Shown: positions 30,135-44,699 of the stretch, in pieces
Layout: each line of letters opens with the position of its first letter
How positions within the stretch are numbered: the first letter of the stretch is position 1
Notes under the pieces: generated by a model
What the model was told of the DNA's origin: nothing
Seen by the model: only the letters and a program-made list of their open reading frames with translations
The model's database searches: none
Assembly: GCF_009914755.1 (NCBI RefSeq)
Contig: NC_060926.1
Reading direction: 5' to 3' (one strand)
DNA from: the human T2T-CHM13v2.0 reference genome, Homo sapiens
Length of the DNA: 64,000 nucleotides
Made by a program: the position numbers and the translations under genes

Positions 30135-30750
30135 GAGCTACACTGTCCATTAAAATAACTGCTCACCCCATGTGGTTACTGAGCACTTGAGATGTGGCCG
30201 GTCAATGAATACTGGCTGTGAGTATAAAATATACACCAGATACCAAACACTTAGTATCCCAAAAGTAAAACATCACTAATAATTTGTATATGGATTACAT
30301 GTTGAAAGCAATAATGTTTTGAATGTATACTTAAATTATTAAATTTAATTTCACCTTTAAAATTTATTTATTTATTTATTTATTTGAGACAAGAGTTTTG
30401 CTCTTGTTGCTCAGGTTGGAGTGCAATGGTGTGGCCTCAGCTCACTGCAACCTCCGCCTTCTGGGTTCAAGCGATTCCCCTGCCTCAACCTCCTGAGTAG
30501 CTGGGATTACAGGCGCCTGCCACTACGCCCGGCTAATTTTTATATTTTTAGTAGAGATGGAGTTTCACCATGTTAGTCAGGCTGGTTTTGAACTCCTGAC
30601 CTCGTGATCCGCCCGCCTCGGCCTCCCAAAGTGCCAGGATTACAGGAATGAGCCATCACACCTGGGCTAAAATTTATTTTTCAATGTGGCTACTGAAACA
30701 CTTAAAATTATCTATGTGGCTTGCATTATATCTCTATCAGACAATGCTGC
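30135..30750. mobile_element. MER33-like hAT element split by a nested Alu
   Basis: catgtggttactgagcacttgagatgtggc...gtataaaatatacaccaga... resumes after the Alu as aatgtggctactgaaacacttaaaattat...gacaatgctg. Confidence 0.8.
30365..30667 (-). mobile_element. AluS with (TTTA)n tail nested in MER33
   Basis: Full Alu with TSD taaaatttattt. Confidence 0.95.
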
Positions 30751-31791
30751 TCTAGAAGCTAGAGTATTAAGTATTGCGTGTGTGCTGCCGTGTGCACACA
30801 CATGCTACTCTTGCAAACGCAGGGTGCTGAAAGTGAAGGAGGATGTATCACAATCCCCCAAGGACCTGTTTTCAAAACTTACCCTGAACCTACTTAGAAG
30901 AATCTGATACACTTCCTGAAGAACTGCTCTCAACCAGCTAGGTAATTTTAAAAACCTAATTTGGGCTAAAGTACTAACAAATGGACATTAATGGGGGGTT
31001 AAAAATTACCTTCCCAGGTAACAAATTTGCACCTTAATATAGAGTCGCTTGAGGGTCTAGAAATTCCAACACTGATTCTAAGGAGAATCTGAACCCTTTA
31101 TGCACGCTGGTCTCCATACAATATTTGGCAAAGAGAGGCTTATAGGTCTCTCCAACCCTATCTTGTGGGCATGATACTAGGCACACATGACCAAAAAGTT
31201 TCCATGGGAACTCTGCCTTTTGTGCACTGGATACATAATATATCCAGTATGCTTAGGCATCTATGTTAGAAATATCAAAGTCTCTTAATGGCCATTATTA
31301 AATTAGTTCTTCAATAAATTTTTCATTTGTTAAACTATTTCTTATGTTAATAATATAAGAAAAAATGATGGGAAAGAAAAAATATCTGTCAAAAAGCATT
31401 ACAGCTTTTGAAGTTTTTGTGAATATGTGCAAGCCCCAGCCATCTTTGGGGAAGGTGTGAACATTAACCAATTAATTCCCCACAGTACAGATGGAATATT
31501 AAGGCACAAAGGTTAAGGGTTTGCCCAAGGCAGGGTGGATTTTCTAACACAGACAATATGGCTTAAACTAATACGCTATAGATCTCTGCTTTCTCTTTTC
31601 AAACATGCAGGGTGAAGATGGACAATTGGAACTGTTATTGGACCCATCTGACTCTCTTCCATTCATGAACAGCCAAACGCTGGCAAATCCATATTGTCCA
31701 AATCACCTGCATTCTACAAGTGGTTTGACTGCTATCTGTTGAGCATAGTTAAAAATTAGATTGTTGAAGGGACCTTCAAAATCATCTCATC

Positions 31792-32150
31792 CAGGAATGG
31801 GCAAACATTTCTGTAAAGAGCCAGAGGCCAAGAGGAAGACCAAGGATATGATGAAGGTATTTATGTAATAAGATAGAAAACAAATTTTTACAATTATTTT
31901 TTTAGTGATAGAATTCAAAATATAATAGTAAATCATTAAGTACTTTTTTGCAATATAGAGTTATTAGTGAGGGGAATGGAATTCTTTGTTGGAGAGAGAA
32001 CATTTCACTTAATTTGGTTTCAAGGAAAATGTTCATTATTACCAATTCAATTCCAAATGTCATCTATTAAAAAACATTCTTAGCTGTCAGATCATATAAA
32101 AACTGGTGGCAGGCCAGATTTTGCCCATGGGTCATACTTTGCCAACCAGT
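31792..32150 (+). mobile_element. MER58/Cheshire-family hAT element
   Basis: Ends gggcaaacatttctgtaaagagccag and ggccagattttgcccatgggtcatactttgccaacc. Confidence 0.7.
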
Positions 32151-32935
32151 GATCTTGTAGGACATGTTCATTTTTGAGATGAATAACTTGTCCACGGGTC
32201 CTTTCTGGAGCATACTAGGATTGAGCCTCTACTCCATGGTTCGTCTGTTACTCTGCAGTGCCTCCCCAAGTTTTGAATGACAAAGCATAATAAAGTGCAT
32301 GTTCTTGTCATCGCTGCAAATGAGTAAACTTTTCATCAACTGTCTTACTGGAAAAGCTGATTTTACTCAGTATCATTATAAGTAAAACCACTTTTCAATT
32401 GATTTTCTTTTTTTGATTAAATGGTATGGCCTGATTTGGAAGCTATTCCTATACCATTGTGGGGACAATTTCTTTGAATCAGTTCAAATTTCTGCAATTA
32501 TATATTATGATTAATTTTACATTTACATTGTTTTAGGGTTTTTCTTCCCTGAGGATCCTGGGCTTAAACTGTTTTTGTCTATGAAATGAAAGAATGATAC
32601 TGATTTTTTTTTTTAATTTCTGAGCCACTAAGTTCATGAAACAACTACAATAGCAATTGAAATGCTTTGTGTTGATGACTGATGTAGAGAAATAATGCCT
32701 TAATCTTTTGCCTGTGAAAAGGGTTTACTCTCAATCCCAAGACTGAGATAAAGACAGAGACAACAGAAAGTGTTCAAGAGCTTTGAAAGATGTAACAGGT
32801 CTCTCAGGTGCGGCCTAAGCTCTAGTCTGGACATTAGCTAACTAAAAAAAAGTTTTTAAACTGGAGATTACCTGAATCCAAATTCAGCAAGAATACCAAA
32901 CTTCTCATCTCAGAAGCTTCTAATCTTGGAAGATC

Positions 32936-33148
32936 AGTAGTTTCTAATCTTTCTTCTCAGAGTCTAGCATGTATCAGAATGACCTTAACAAAGGACTTGT
33001 TAAAAGACCAATTGCTGGTCCTCACTCCTAGTTTATGATGGTCTGGTGAGTCCTGAGAATTTGCATTTCTTATATACTCCCAGGCAAAATGTGTCCCTGG
33101 ACCCGATGACAACATTGCTGGTCCAGGGACATGTTTTGAGAACCACTG
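32936..33148. mobile_element. MER5A
   Basis: cagtagtttcta...cctgagaatttgcatttct...gctggtccagggac...ttgagaaccactg. Confidence 0.8.
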
Positions 33149-33249
33149 CTTAACTGTAAATAGACCCGTGTCTAAGTAAACTCTTAACAATGCAGTTCAT
33201 CTTAAATAGGTTCAAACCACCTCATCCTTTCTCTAATACCCGGATGCTA

Positions 33250-33687
<438 letters not shown>

Positions 33688-34091
33688 TTAAATTATTTCT
33701 CAAACCAGTATGAATGTGCCCTGTATTGCCCCCCAAATTATGGGACAGAGCCTGGAGTGAAATATCCTTATAGAAATGGGTAGCTGCCAAAGAGAAAGGA
33801 AAAGAGATGAAGCTCTCACACAGAACTCTGTTATGCTAAAAATTACACCATGAAATTCAAAGGAAACTTACCAAACTAATACTGTCTCAAGTAAGTAGTT
33901 ATCCTCTCACATCAATATTGTGAACTGATCATTGTTGTTTTTTGATACTGTGTTTCACAAGTATTAAATAACACAGTTAATTCTTACTTATTTTATTTCA
34001 AGTATTTGTTTATTTGATACTCTTCTGTTTTCTGGATAGTAAAATCAGAATAGTACAACCTGATTGTTGTTAAAAATTACTAAAGAATTAA

Positions 34092-34394
<303 letters not shown>

Positions 34395-34914
34395 TTACTA
34401 AAAACTTAAACTTAGTTATTTCGAGATTTTTTTGTGCACTCTGAGGAGACTAAACTCCAAAACATGATTGCATCACCAGAAATTCAAGTTTATTTCATTC
34501 ATACAAAGTTCTACTTTCTCTAGTAAACCTCTGAGAATTCAGAAAAGATGTACTGAGTTGCTTGGCTCTGACCTAATCCTGGTCTTTGGTTGCTTTAGAA
34601 TATTATTTTAAAATGGCTGTAGGGGAGATAGTAGATATGTAAATGTTGAAATAAAATTGAAATATTTAATTTTGGTTACCTTAATCAAGTGTATAAAGGA
34701 ATATACCAGACATCCATTTAGAAAGGTTAAAATATTTAGGACAGAGATGTTTCACAGACAACAACAGCAAGAATGTAAGTAAAGAATGACAAAAGCAAAA
34801 AATAAACTACAAACAAATCAAAGGTGATTTTCTGTCTGACATTCATATTCACTGTCTGGTGGTCTCTTTTTGCCCTGCAGAATAATTGATAGCAAGGGCA
34901 GTGGGAGACATAAC

Positions 34915-35045
34915 GGGAAAGGCCTGAACTTGGTTTTTAGCTCTGCCCCTTATTAGATGTGTGAACTTGAACAAACTATGTAACTACTCTGAACTTCAAT
35001 TTTTTCATCTGTAGGGCTGAAATCATGATGAAATGAGATAATACA
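34915..35045 (+). mobile_element. MIR
   Basis: gctctgccccttattagatgtgtgaacttgaacaa...ctctgaacttcaattttttcatctgta. Confidence 0.7.
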
Positions 35046-36258
35046 CAGGAGGATAAAAGACAGTGTGTTCTGTGTATAAGCTACTCACTAAGAGTAACTC
35101 ATTATTCCTATAGCACAGTGCATGGCTGCAAGAGGGGAAGATGGAAATGACCAATGGATTTTCATAAAACTTCAAGTTTTTTGTTTTGTTTTAAAATAAG
35201 ATTGGATATAATTTCTAAAACACTATGGGATAACTTCTTCATTATTGTTTTTATTTCTTCTGTTATTAACATGGGGTAGAAAACCCAAGATTGAAGTCTA
35301 ACTCATAGCATCTGCAGTTTAGTAACTATAGACAAGATTGGAAGTATGTAAAAATTTATTTTTATTTAGACAATTTAAACACCATTCCTAAAGTTAAATA
35401 AATTATTGTATTGGCTTTGGAGGTTTCTTCCTTCAACCAATAGTTTCTAATTCAGATCATCTCCTCTGGCAAGACACAGTTCTATCCTATTTTCTACGTT
35501 CCATCTCCTCCCATTTTTCCCCTCTTACCTTGGAGGTAGTTTTCAGAAAAACAGACAACGAAAAAAAGTGACAGAAAAAAACTATGCTGAAAATGGATTT
35601 GCTCTTTCAAGAACAGAATGCAGTATAATCCCATAAATAGGTGAGTAATTCTAAAATGTCAGATGAAGATGGTTTTCACAAAAGATTCACTAAATCTTCC
35701 AGAAGAAACTTTACATAAAGCCTGCTAAATCTAAATTAACTCTATAAAAAATATTAAACACAAACAAAAAGAATGCAGTGGGGGAGATGACTTATTATTT
35801 TCCCTTCTTGCCTTTAGAACAGATCATCTGATTATTTGAGGAGCTATTTCTCTTTGGTGAGTTTGGAAGGAGTAAGCTTAAACAGTAAAAGTTCCAAAGT
35901 AAGTAAACTAAACACATTCAACTAAACTCTCTAATTTACTTCTCTGAAGAGTAACTTCCACTGTCATAAACTCTACTTAAAAACAGCTCTGCTTCATATA
36001 TGTATAAAGGGAATGGGAATAAAGATTGCTAGCTCCAATCTCTAGTTGATAATCCTGGGGTTCTCTCTCATCAGGGCTCCATACAAAAGCAATGAGGCCA
36101 CCAAATTTCCATGGAAGTAACTGGTAAGACAAGTGATAGGCTTCTGTATTTTTGGAAAAAAACATAATGCATTCTGTTTTAAAGTGTAGATGTTGCTGCC
36201 AGGTTTGATAAAAATACTCTTAGAAACTTTTACTTAGTTTGATCATTGCAGTTTTCCC

Positions 36259-36714
36259 TGTTAAAGTGAACTAAAAACGGCCTCAGAACGACTCTGTACT
36301 TCTATATTTGAGTCCTTGTGGGAGAACTGTAACCTAACTTAGTAGGTAGACAAAATTGACAATCTAATTTAGGAGTATGCACCTATAACAATGGCTGAGT
36401 CTTGGCCAATCCCGGCAGCCATGCTTCAACCTCTCATACACTGCTAACTGTTCAAACTGTGTTCAAATAAGGCAAACACCAACCTGTAACCAATCCAGCT
36501 GTTTCTGTACCTCACTTCCGATTTCTGTACCTCACTTCCGATTTCTGTACCTCACTTCCGATTTCTGTATGTCACTTCCCTTTTTTGTCTATAAATCTTC
36601 TTCCACCACATGTCTGCGGGAGTCTGTCTGAATCTGCTGTGATTCTGGGGGCTGCCAATTCACATATCATTCATTGCTCAATTAAGCTCCTTTAAATTTA
36701 ATTTGGCTGAAGTT
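36259..36714 (+). mobile_element. ERV1 solo LTR, MER57 family (MER57B-like), antisense to EPHA4
   Basis: Starts tgttaaagtgaactaaa; CCAAT boxes at 36406 and 36490, TATA (tataaat) at 36590, ends ...tttaaatttaatttggctgaagtt, matching my recollection of the MER57B consensus. Confidence 0.8.
36502..36579. repeat. 20-bp minisatellite (tttctgtacctcacttccga)x3 plus one degenerate copy
   Basis: Three identical units at 36502, 36522 and 36542; fourth unit tttctgtatgtcacttcc. Confidence 0.97.
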
Positions 36715-39700
36715 GCTAATAGGAATTTTTGATTAATCACAATAGAGCATTGTTAGAAACAAACAAATATGTTATTTCAATTTGATAAGAGATGACAATT
36801 TAAAAATAGAAGGCAGTACAGCAACCTATAATCACAATAATTCCTTTTTTAAAAAACATGTTATTTCCTTAAAGATCCCTTATTCTTATTCTAACCTTTG
36901 TTCTAATTCTTCCATTAGAGCACTGAAAATTTGCTATCTGAAAAACAAAATATGGTTTTCAATATTGCCTTATAAAACAGCTGAAGGAAACAAACTAATA
37001 CCTAGGGCTCTACAAATTTTTAGGGTATTTTCCTTTTTTTCCCCTCATGCCTGAAATAAAAATGATTATGACTTTAGTAAATTTTGAGATTAAAGAAATA
37101 TTAATTTGATTTTCAATAAATTAATTCTATTGGAGATATAAATTCAAGTAGATTAAGCAGAACTTAATTGAATGACTCTATAATAATATTTTTAAGTCAC
37201 AAAAGCCAAGTAAACTTGTTTGCCTAATATGCTGAAGTTTATATTAGGAATAGAAACAAATGGATGCTAAAAATTAAAATGACCACCATGTAAGAAAAAA
37301 TCAAGAAAAGCGTATATTTTAGATGAACTAAATGTAGAAAGTAAGTAATCATATTTTGTAAGAAAACCCCTGCCATTAATTTGAATTAAAATTACTGAAA
37401 ATATCTGAAAATACTTTTGAAAGATTTAAATAAGTGCTGCCATATAAACTATCAATCCTCACCACCGCTAGCACATCGCAGCCATGAAATGCAAATCAGG
37501 AGACACTAACACCTAACTTGATTGCCCAGGACATTTCACAGAGGATCAAGCTTTTTGATGAGTTGCTATTGTTTTCTTCACCCTTTGATATTTGGGGTAC
37601 ATAAAGATGAGTGGCTCATTATACATCCCCTGATTACAGATAACAGGTCAGGGCACTGAATAAAGGAAGCAGCTGTTCTTTTCTTCTTCCTCTCCTCACA
37701 CTAGCCCGTCTGAATTTAATACACGGGTCTATGCAGATTAGCGTCATTATGTAGAAATTTCATCCCTTATTAGGTATGTGCATTTATTCATTCATTGGGC
37801 CATTTATGTTTTAGCAAACATTTATTAAGCCTTTACATAATAACAGTAATGGCAATAATGAGAGCAACTATTTATTGAGCACATACTAAGAGCTAAAAGG
37901 CTGGGAATATGAGGCTGTTCCCTTCAGGAAGGAAGCAGACCACTGCTTCCTCTCACATTTTAAGGAGTGATCTCTGGCAGAGGTGCTTTGAGACTTTCCT
38001 GGGGACCTCACCCATGCACCTAACCCAGGCTGTCTGCTTGCAGAGGTAATGGAATAGAAAAACCACCCGAAAGAAAAGGTGCCCCCTGAGTATCACCTGG
38101 AGAAAAAGAGTTTAACCAGGAAGCTGGCTTCACCCAGAAGAAGCTAAAATAATAGTGACTGCTAGCCTGGAACAAAACACTGAGGTGGGTACTGTGGGTA
38201 TCACCCAAACTAATTTAGACAAGAATCCTCTTTTGAGGGAGAGCACAGTCCAATAGGAGACATAAGTGATTCTGTCATTAACTTTATGCATATCTTACAC
38301 TTGCTCAGCTCCTCCATTTATTTAAAAGTAAAGGCACTACAGAGGCCTGGGAACGAATGAAATATGTTCTGAAGCCAGGGCCAGACCAAGAGAAACACAT
38401 GTTAAATAATTATTTGATTAACTCCGGCAGCAGCATTGCTAGTCATTGTCATCCAAACGACTTTACAGCCTGAGTTGTCAGGAATCATGATTTATGCAGC
38501 TGAAATGACTGCAGTAATAAGTGCTCAGTGCACCTCTTCTTTTTTGTTATGTTGATGGGGCCTGAGAATCACACACACAAAAAGCAGAACCTTTAAAAGA
38601 CTGAATTCCCCAATGCTACAGTTATTAGCAACGTATTACGATTCTCTGCTGAGGTTTTTAATCCTGGCTCCTCTGATGGGTCACCTTTAAAAAAAATGAG
38701 TGTATATATTAAAAATTTTCTGAAAGTTTTTGAGCACACAAGATTTTTAAAAAGTGTTTTATATTTAACAGATACGATCAGGTTAAACATCTATTTTTGG
38801 TATTGCATGTAGTGGACTAATGATTTTACACAACTTTCTGCCAGCATTTAATATCATATGTGTTTGACTCTTTCAACATTGCTTATGTCTGAGGAGCACA
38901 AAATAAAAATTCTCAAGGAGCTCCCTGAAGAGACCTAGTCTAGACTAAGTGAAATTTATGGAGAATTTGCACTGTCTGTTTTTGGTACAGTACAGAGAAG
39001 TCCCAGGGATGGTAGCAAAGATGAGAGCCCCAAAAGCTTGGGATAACAGACGATGATCTTCCTCTTAAAAGTACAAAAGGGTGCTGGCAACAACCCACCC
39101 TTTCCCACGGACTCAGTTATACTCCTGTAAGCCGGGGGAGGGGGGGTTTGAAAATCTACTTAATGCATTTTGAACTCTTCAGCTTGATGGGTCATTGTCC
39201 CAAGAAATCGGTTTGAATCGGCAGCCGAAATACACAGTGTGACAGTGGAAGGTCCTCTGCACCCAGTTTGACAAGGACGACTTGGCAGTTTGTCCAGCCT
39301 TACAGGTGAGCCTTTCATAGGACCACATCCACAAAAGGGAACAGAGGAGAGCAGCACATCCCCAGACCTGAATCCCAAAGGAAGTGGACCATTTTCTTGC
39401 TTTCGTGTGATGCACTCTTGTAGGGCACAAAAGGTTAGTGTTTAGTCCTTCTCACAGCATGGCAAGTGGAGCTGGTCCCAACCTCGGGGATTTTGGGAGG
39501 TTCTGTGGGAAGTGTTTTGGCAGCCTGAGCATTCTCTGTCAACAGTTCAAATTCATGGGAAAAGGCATGAAGCCAAAAGTGCTTGCAGGTGAATTATTTG
39601 TCCCTTTCAAGTGCATCTTACTTACCCTGATGACGTGTAAGTGTGTTTATCTTTGTTGGGAGGGACTATCAGGTAGGTCAGTAAATCCTTCCATGTATAA

Positions 39701-40101
39701 ATTATAAATCACAAATGGCATGCAGGAGAAATACCAAGTCAGAATCTGCTCATTTGTTTGTCCGTTTCTCATCCCAAATATTAAACACAAACGATGGGTG
39801 AAAAATTGATATTACTCATAATAAAAACAAGACCATGATGTTGACATGCTCCCAAAGTGTTTGGTCATGAGAGAAGAAAAAGTGGAACAACTGTTCTTTG
39901 TAAAACATGGATGAGCTGGAAGCCAGAACTGACCCATTTAAAGAAAGCAAGAGAAACAGATCAGGCTTATTATCAAATACAAAAGAACAGCATGTCACTA
40001 ACAACCTAAATTTATCTCAGATGTACAAAAAAATCTTACTCATCCCAAGCAGATCTCTAGACCAACATTCAAAAATGACTATAAAAGGCATGGGAAGTTG
40101 A

Positions 40102-40468
<367 letters not shown>

Positions 40469-40547
40469 TGATATCTCATTATTAATTAGTCTTCTTTTTC
40501 ATATATCACAAAACAGTTGAAAATTACTTAAAAAGTACTCTTAATCA

Positions 40548-40880
<333 letters not shown>

Positions 40881-41399
40881 GACATAGATCTCTTTTGTGT
40901 CTGGAAAGCAGACCATAAGAAGATCTACATTTTATTTTTTAAAATAGGATTTTTTCCCCCTAGCCTTGAGGCAGGATCATTTCTAAAGAGGCTCAGATTT
41001 GAAGGGAAAAAAAAAAAAAAAAGATGAAGTCATAAATCCTTCCCCCAGGAAAAGAAAGAAAAACAAAACATAGCATTAAAAATTTTGGCAGATGGATGAT
41101 CACCTTCATGTTTTCCTCAAGGCTGTATTAAGGTTACATTTCTCCTGTCAAAAACACAACCAGGAATCCGTTCCCTGCTATGTAGAAGTGGAGGAAGTGA
41201 ATGGCTGAAATACAGTGACTGAGAAGAGGCCAGGCTCTGTGAAAAGGGGACCTGGATTCCATTCCTAACATTTAACAATTTAAGGTTTCTAGGGGTCAGT
41301 TTCCTCTAAGAGTACCAGACTAAATAATTTAAAATATCTCTTTTTAATCCTCAAAAATTCCAAGTCTATACGGTTCCCATGATCTGATAGATTCAATGA

Positions 41400-41723
<324 letters not shown>

Positions 41724-42054
41724 TAGGATGCTCTGATAAACCCCAAAGTCACTTACAATTCAGTTCAAATGCCATTGAGCACATTAGTCCAGCACGTTTA
41801 TCTTTCCTTCCAGGACTGGTGCAGACTCATTTATGGAGCTCAGGAACTGAGCTCCAACACTTTCTCAGCCCTAGGACTGTGAGCAAGGTCCTTTTTTTTC
41901 CCCAAATAAATCCACCCCTCCAAACTGTTTATTGAAATTTCTCTTACCTGTCTTAGCAGAGATTCCCAAGCACTCCTGTGCTCTTTTTGTCACTTATTAA
42001 AAATCAGATCAGAAAAAAGAGGGAAACAAATGTCTTTGCTCTATGGTGTGAAGG

Positions 42055-42610
42055 TTCATTCATCCACATGTATTGCTGAGCGCTCCTACGTGTGCCTGAC
42101 ATAGGGAAGGGATGACTGGCACGGCCTGTGTTTCCACAGAGCACATATTCTACTGGCAGGGATAGAACTGTACAGGAGAATAAACCTGGTAATATGAGAG
42201 ACTGAGGATGGGGCTGGGAAGGTGGTTCATAGGGGATCTCAATTAATAAAGGGCCAGCAATTGTGAACATTACATGGGAAAGCATGCCAGGAAGAAGAGA
42301 AAGTTGCAGAAGGCCTACAGTAGGCATGTATTAGACAGACAGAAGATTACTGATGCTAGGAAATGTTGCAAGAGGCATGCCAAGATTGAGATCAGAGTGG
42401 TCATCCTGAGCCCACAGGCCCTTAACTCAGTGAGGAGTTTAGTTTTTATTCTCAGTCTGGCAATATGATTTGATACAAATTGTCAAAAGATTCATTTGGC
42501 TGCTGGTAGAACGTGGATGACAGGAAGTATGATTAGAAGCAGGGGACCTGTAAGGAGGCCCTTGAGATCCAGCAGAGAGGGCATGGCCACCTGGACCAGG
42601 GTGGAGGAGG
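42055..42610 (-). mobile_element. L2 relic
   Basis: ttcattcatccacatgtattgctgagcgctcctacgtgtgcc 3'-end signature followed by degenerate L2-like body. Confidence 0.6.
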
Positions 42611-44615
42611 GCGAGCCGGGAGTCGAGAGTTCCAAGTAAGTGACATAAAGGACTAACTCTGCTCTTCCTCACAGTTGCAGGGCATTTTTTTTATTTAAGT
42701 GGACTTAAGATTCCAAACAAGTGACATACAAAGCAAATTTTGATTTTCCCCTTGGCTGTATCCTTCCAAATGAGTCATGTCTGCATCTACTTAAGCAGAC
42801 TGGGACACCACTTCCCAGCTCAAGAATGCCACCCGCATGTGCTATCACAACAGCTTTGATGAGGCTTGGCCACCAGGCCCTGGGTCCTGACCACTTGCAA
42901 GTGGGCCACACCTTGATAGCAGCTGCATGACAGCACCCACTAACTTGAGGAAGCCAGCCGAGGGGCCAGCTTCCTGAGCGTGATTCAAACCGGAACTAAG
43001 GGTGCAGCTGACAAGAGTTTGTCAACAGCCATTGAAGTAAGTGAGTTATGAGGTTTCAGGTTGACATTAGGTAGCTGCTGGTGTGGGCAGCGCAGTGTTG
43101 TTTTACAACTGAGGTCTTTACTTTCCTGTTTCCTCCCAGAACAGAATTTCATCTAATTGGGAGGCAGAAAATAGGTAGCTGGTTTTCAGGAAAACTGAGA
43201 AATTGAGTGGATTTATTCAGATCTGAAACTGTTCATGCTTCCCCCTCCCCACTCCATGGCTTCTGTGGTTAAGAGCTCAGTCCTTATCCTCCAATGCAAA
43301 ATGGTCCTCACCTCCAGCTTGTAAGAAACAAGAATCCTCTCCTGATGCCTGTAGTCTAGGTTAGGAAATCTCTCTTCCCTAGACCCCGCTCTTTACCCGC
43401 TCCTGCTGCACAACTGTAATCCAGTCATGAACTGTGTGTTTTGAGGTTTCATGTCTATCACCCTTTGCAGAACACACTCTCAGATCCATAGCAGCTGCAA
43501 ATACGCCCATCCTGTTTACTATTACATCTCTAACATTTGGTAACCTGTAACCTGTAACGATGGCTACTCACCACAAATATGTAGACTAAGTATACGAATG
43601 AATGAATGAATGATGACACAGTTGCCTTTAGCATCTAAATGTCTAGACACAGAAAGCAACTCAGACCACTCCTTGCTGTGAACCAAGCTGTACGAAGATC
43701 ATTTCAGATTTACTTTTCTTTTTCTGTTCCTATGTTTTCTGTTTCTATGTTTCTTGCCATTGTGACTTACATTTCCCTTCAAACAGCCTTGCAACATTAT
43801 GGGCTTGGCTGAAGCTTGCCAAAAAGGAAACAGCACAATCCTAACACGGGTAAGCAAGCAGGTCTGCTGATAATACTTAAAAGGTGGGAGGAGCAGGGGA
43901 GGCAGAATTGTAATGCTCTCTTGCTTGGGAGCACTTGTCTCCCAGAGGAAGGGTTAGATCACTCAACAAAATATGAAACCAGAGAGCAGAGTAGTTTTGA
44001 AAAGTTAAAATATTTAGATATGAATAATTTTCAGAGGAAAGATAGCAGTAAAGGTTGGAGGGGTGGGGCTGGTGCAAGAAGAAATAAATCTTATCAAAGG
44101 CAGCCTTGGGAGCTCAGGCAGATAGGATAAGAGATAAGTCCCTTTGCAGAGTTAGTCACACCCTCCCACATACAATTCACTTGGCAAAGGTTCCTTTACT
44201 AACAAAGCAGGTGCATGTTTTAACCAAAAAACAGTGCAGTGCAACAGCTAGGGTGGCTATAAATGTAGTTTTAAACACTTTTTTTTTAAAGCAGGATATA
44301 ACAAAACATCGTCTATAGGAAATCTGAAAATATAGGGTCTTATGGCCACAAAGCAAGTCCAAGTTTTCTCGTCGAACTTTAAATGATGGACAGTTTCTGA
44401 AAAGGGGCATTTGGACCTTAAGTCGGAGACAACAGAGCTGACATTCCTCCCAAAGCTCTGTGGAGTGGAAAACAGATGGTGATTCCAAAGCAAGAATCTG
44501 AGGAAAGGAGCCAGGTTGAGATGAGAAAGGGGCAATTAACAGTGAGAAAACCCAGTTCCTTTCCTTCAGCTCTTCAGACGAATCCAACAGAACTTCTTTT
44601 CCTCTGCTCCAGTTA

Positions 44616-44699
44616 TTAGGTTGGTACAAAAGTCATTGCGATCTTTGCCATTACTTTCAATGGCAAAAACCGCAATTACCTTTGCAACAACCAACCTAA
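44616..44699. mobile_element. MADE1 (Hsmar1-derived MITE)
   Basis: ttaggttggtacaaaagtcattgcgatctttgccatt...aatggcaaaaaccgcaattacctttgc...ccaacctaa. Confidence 0.92.

Noticed and set aside
35521-35570. Recursive splice site candidates (AG|GTAAG on -) at about 35530, 41949 and 47615
   Set aside because: The acceptors are weak: AAG, a competing upstream AG, or no adjacent polypyrimidine tract.
36502-36579. CRISPR-like array (also considered for 51462-51542)
   Set aside because: Eukaryotic intron with no cas genes. The first array has no spacers and the second has only 10-12-nt spacers with degenerate repeats.
44177-44629. 150-aa minus-strand ORF
   Set aside because: It starts inside MADE1 and has no recognisable domain or splice context; its length is compatible with chance.
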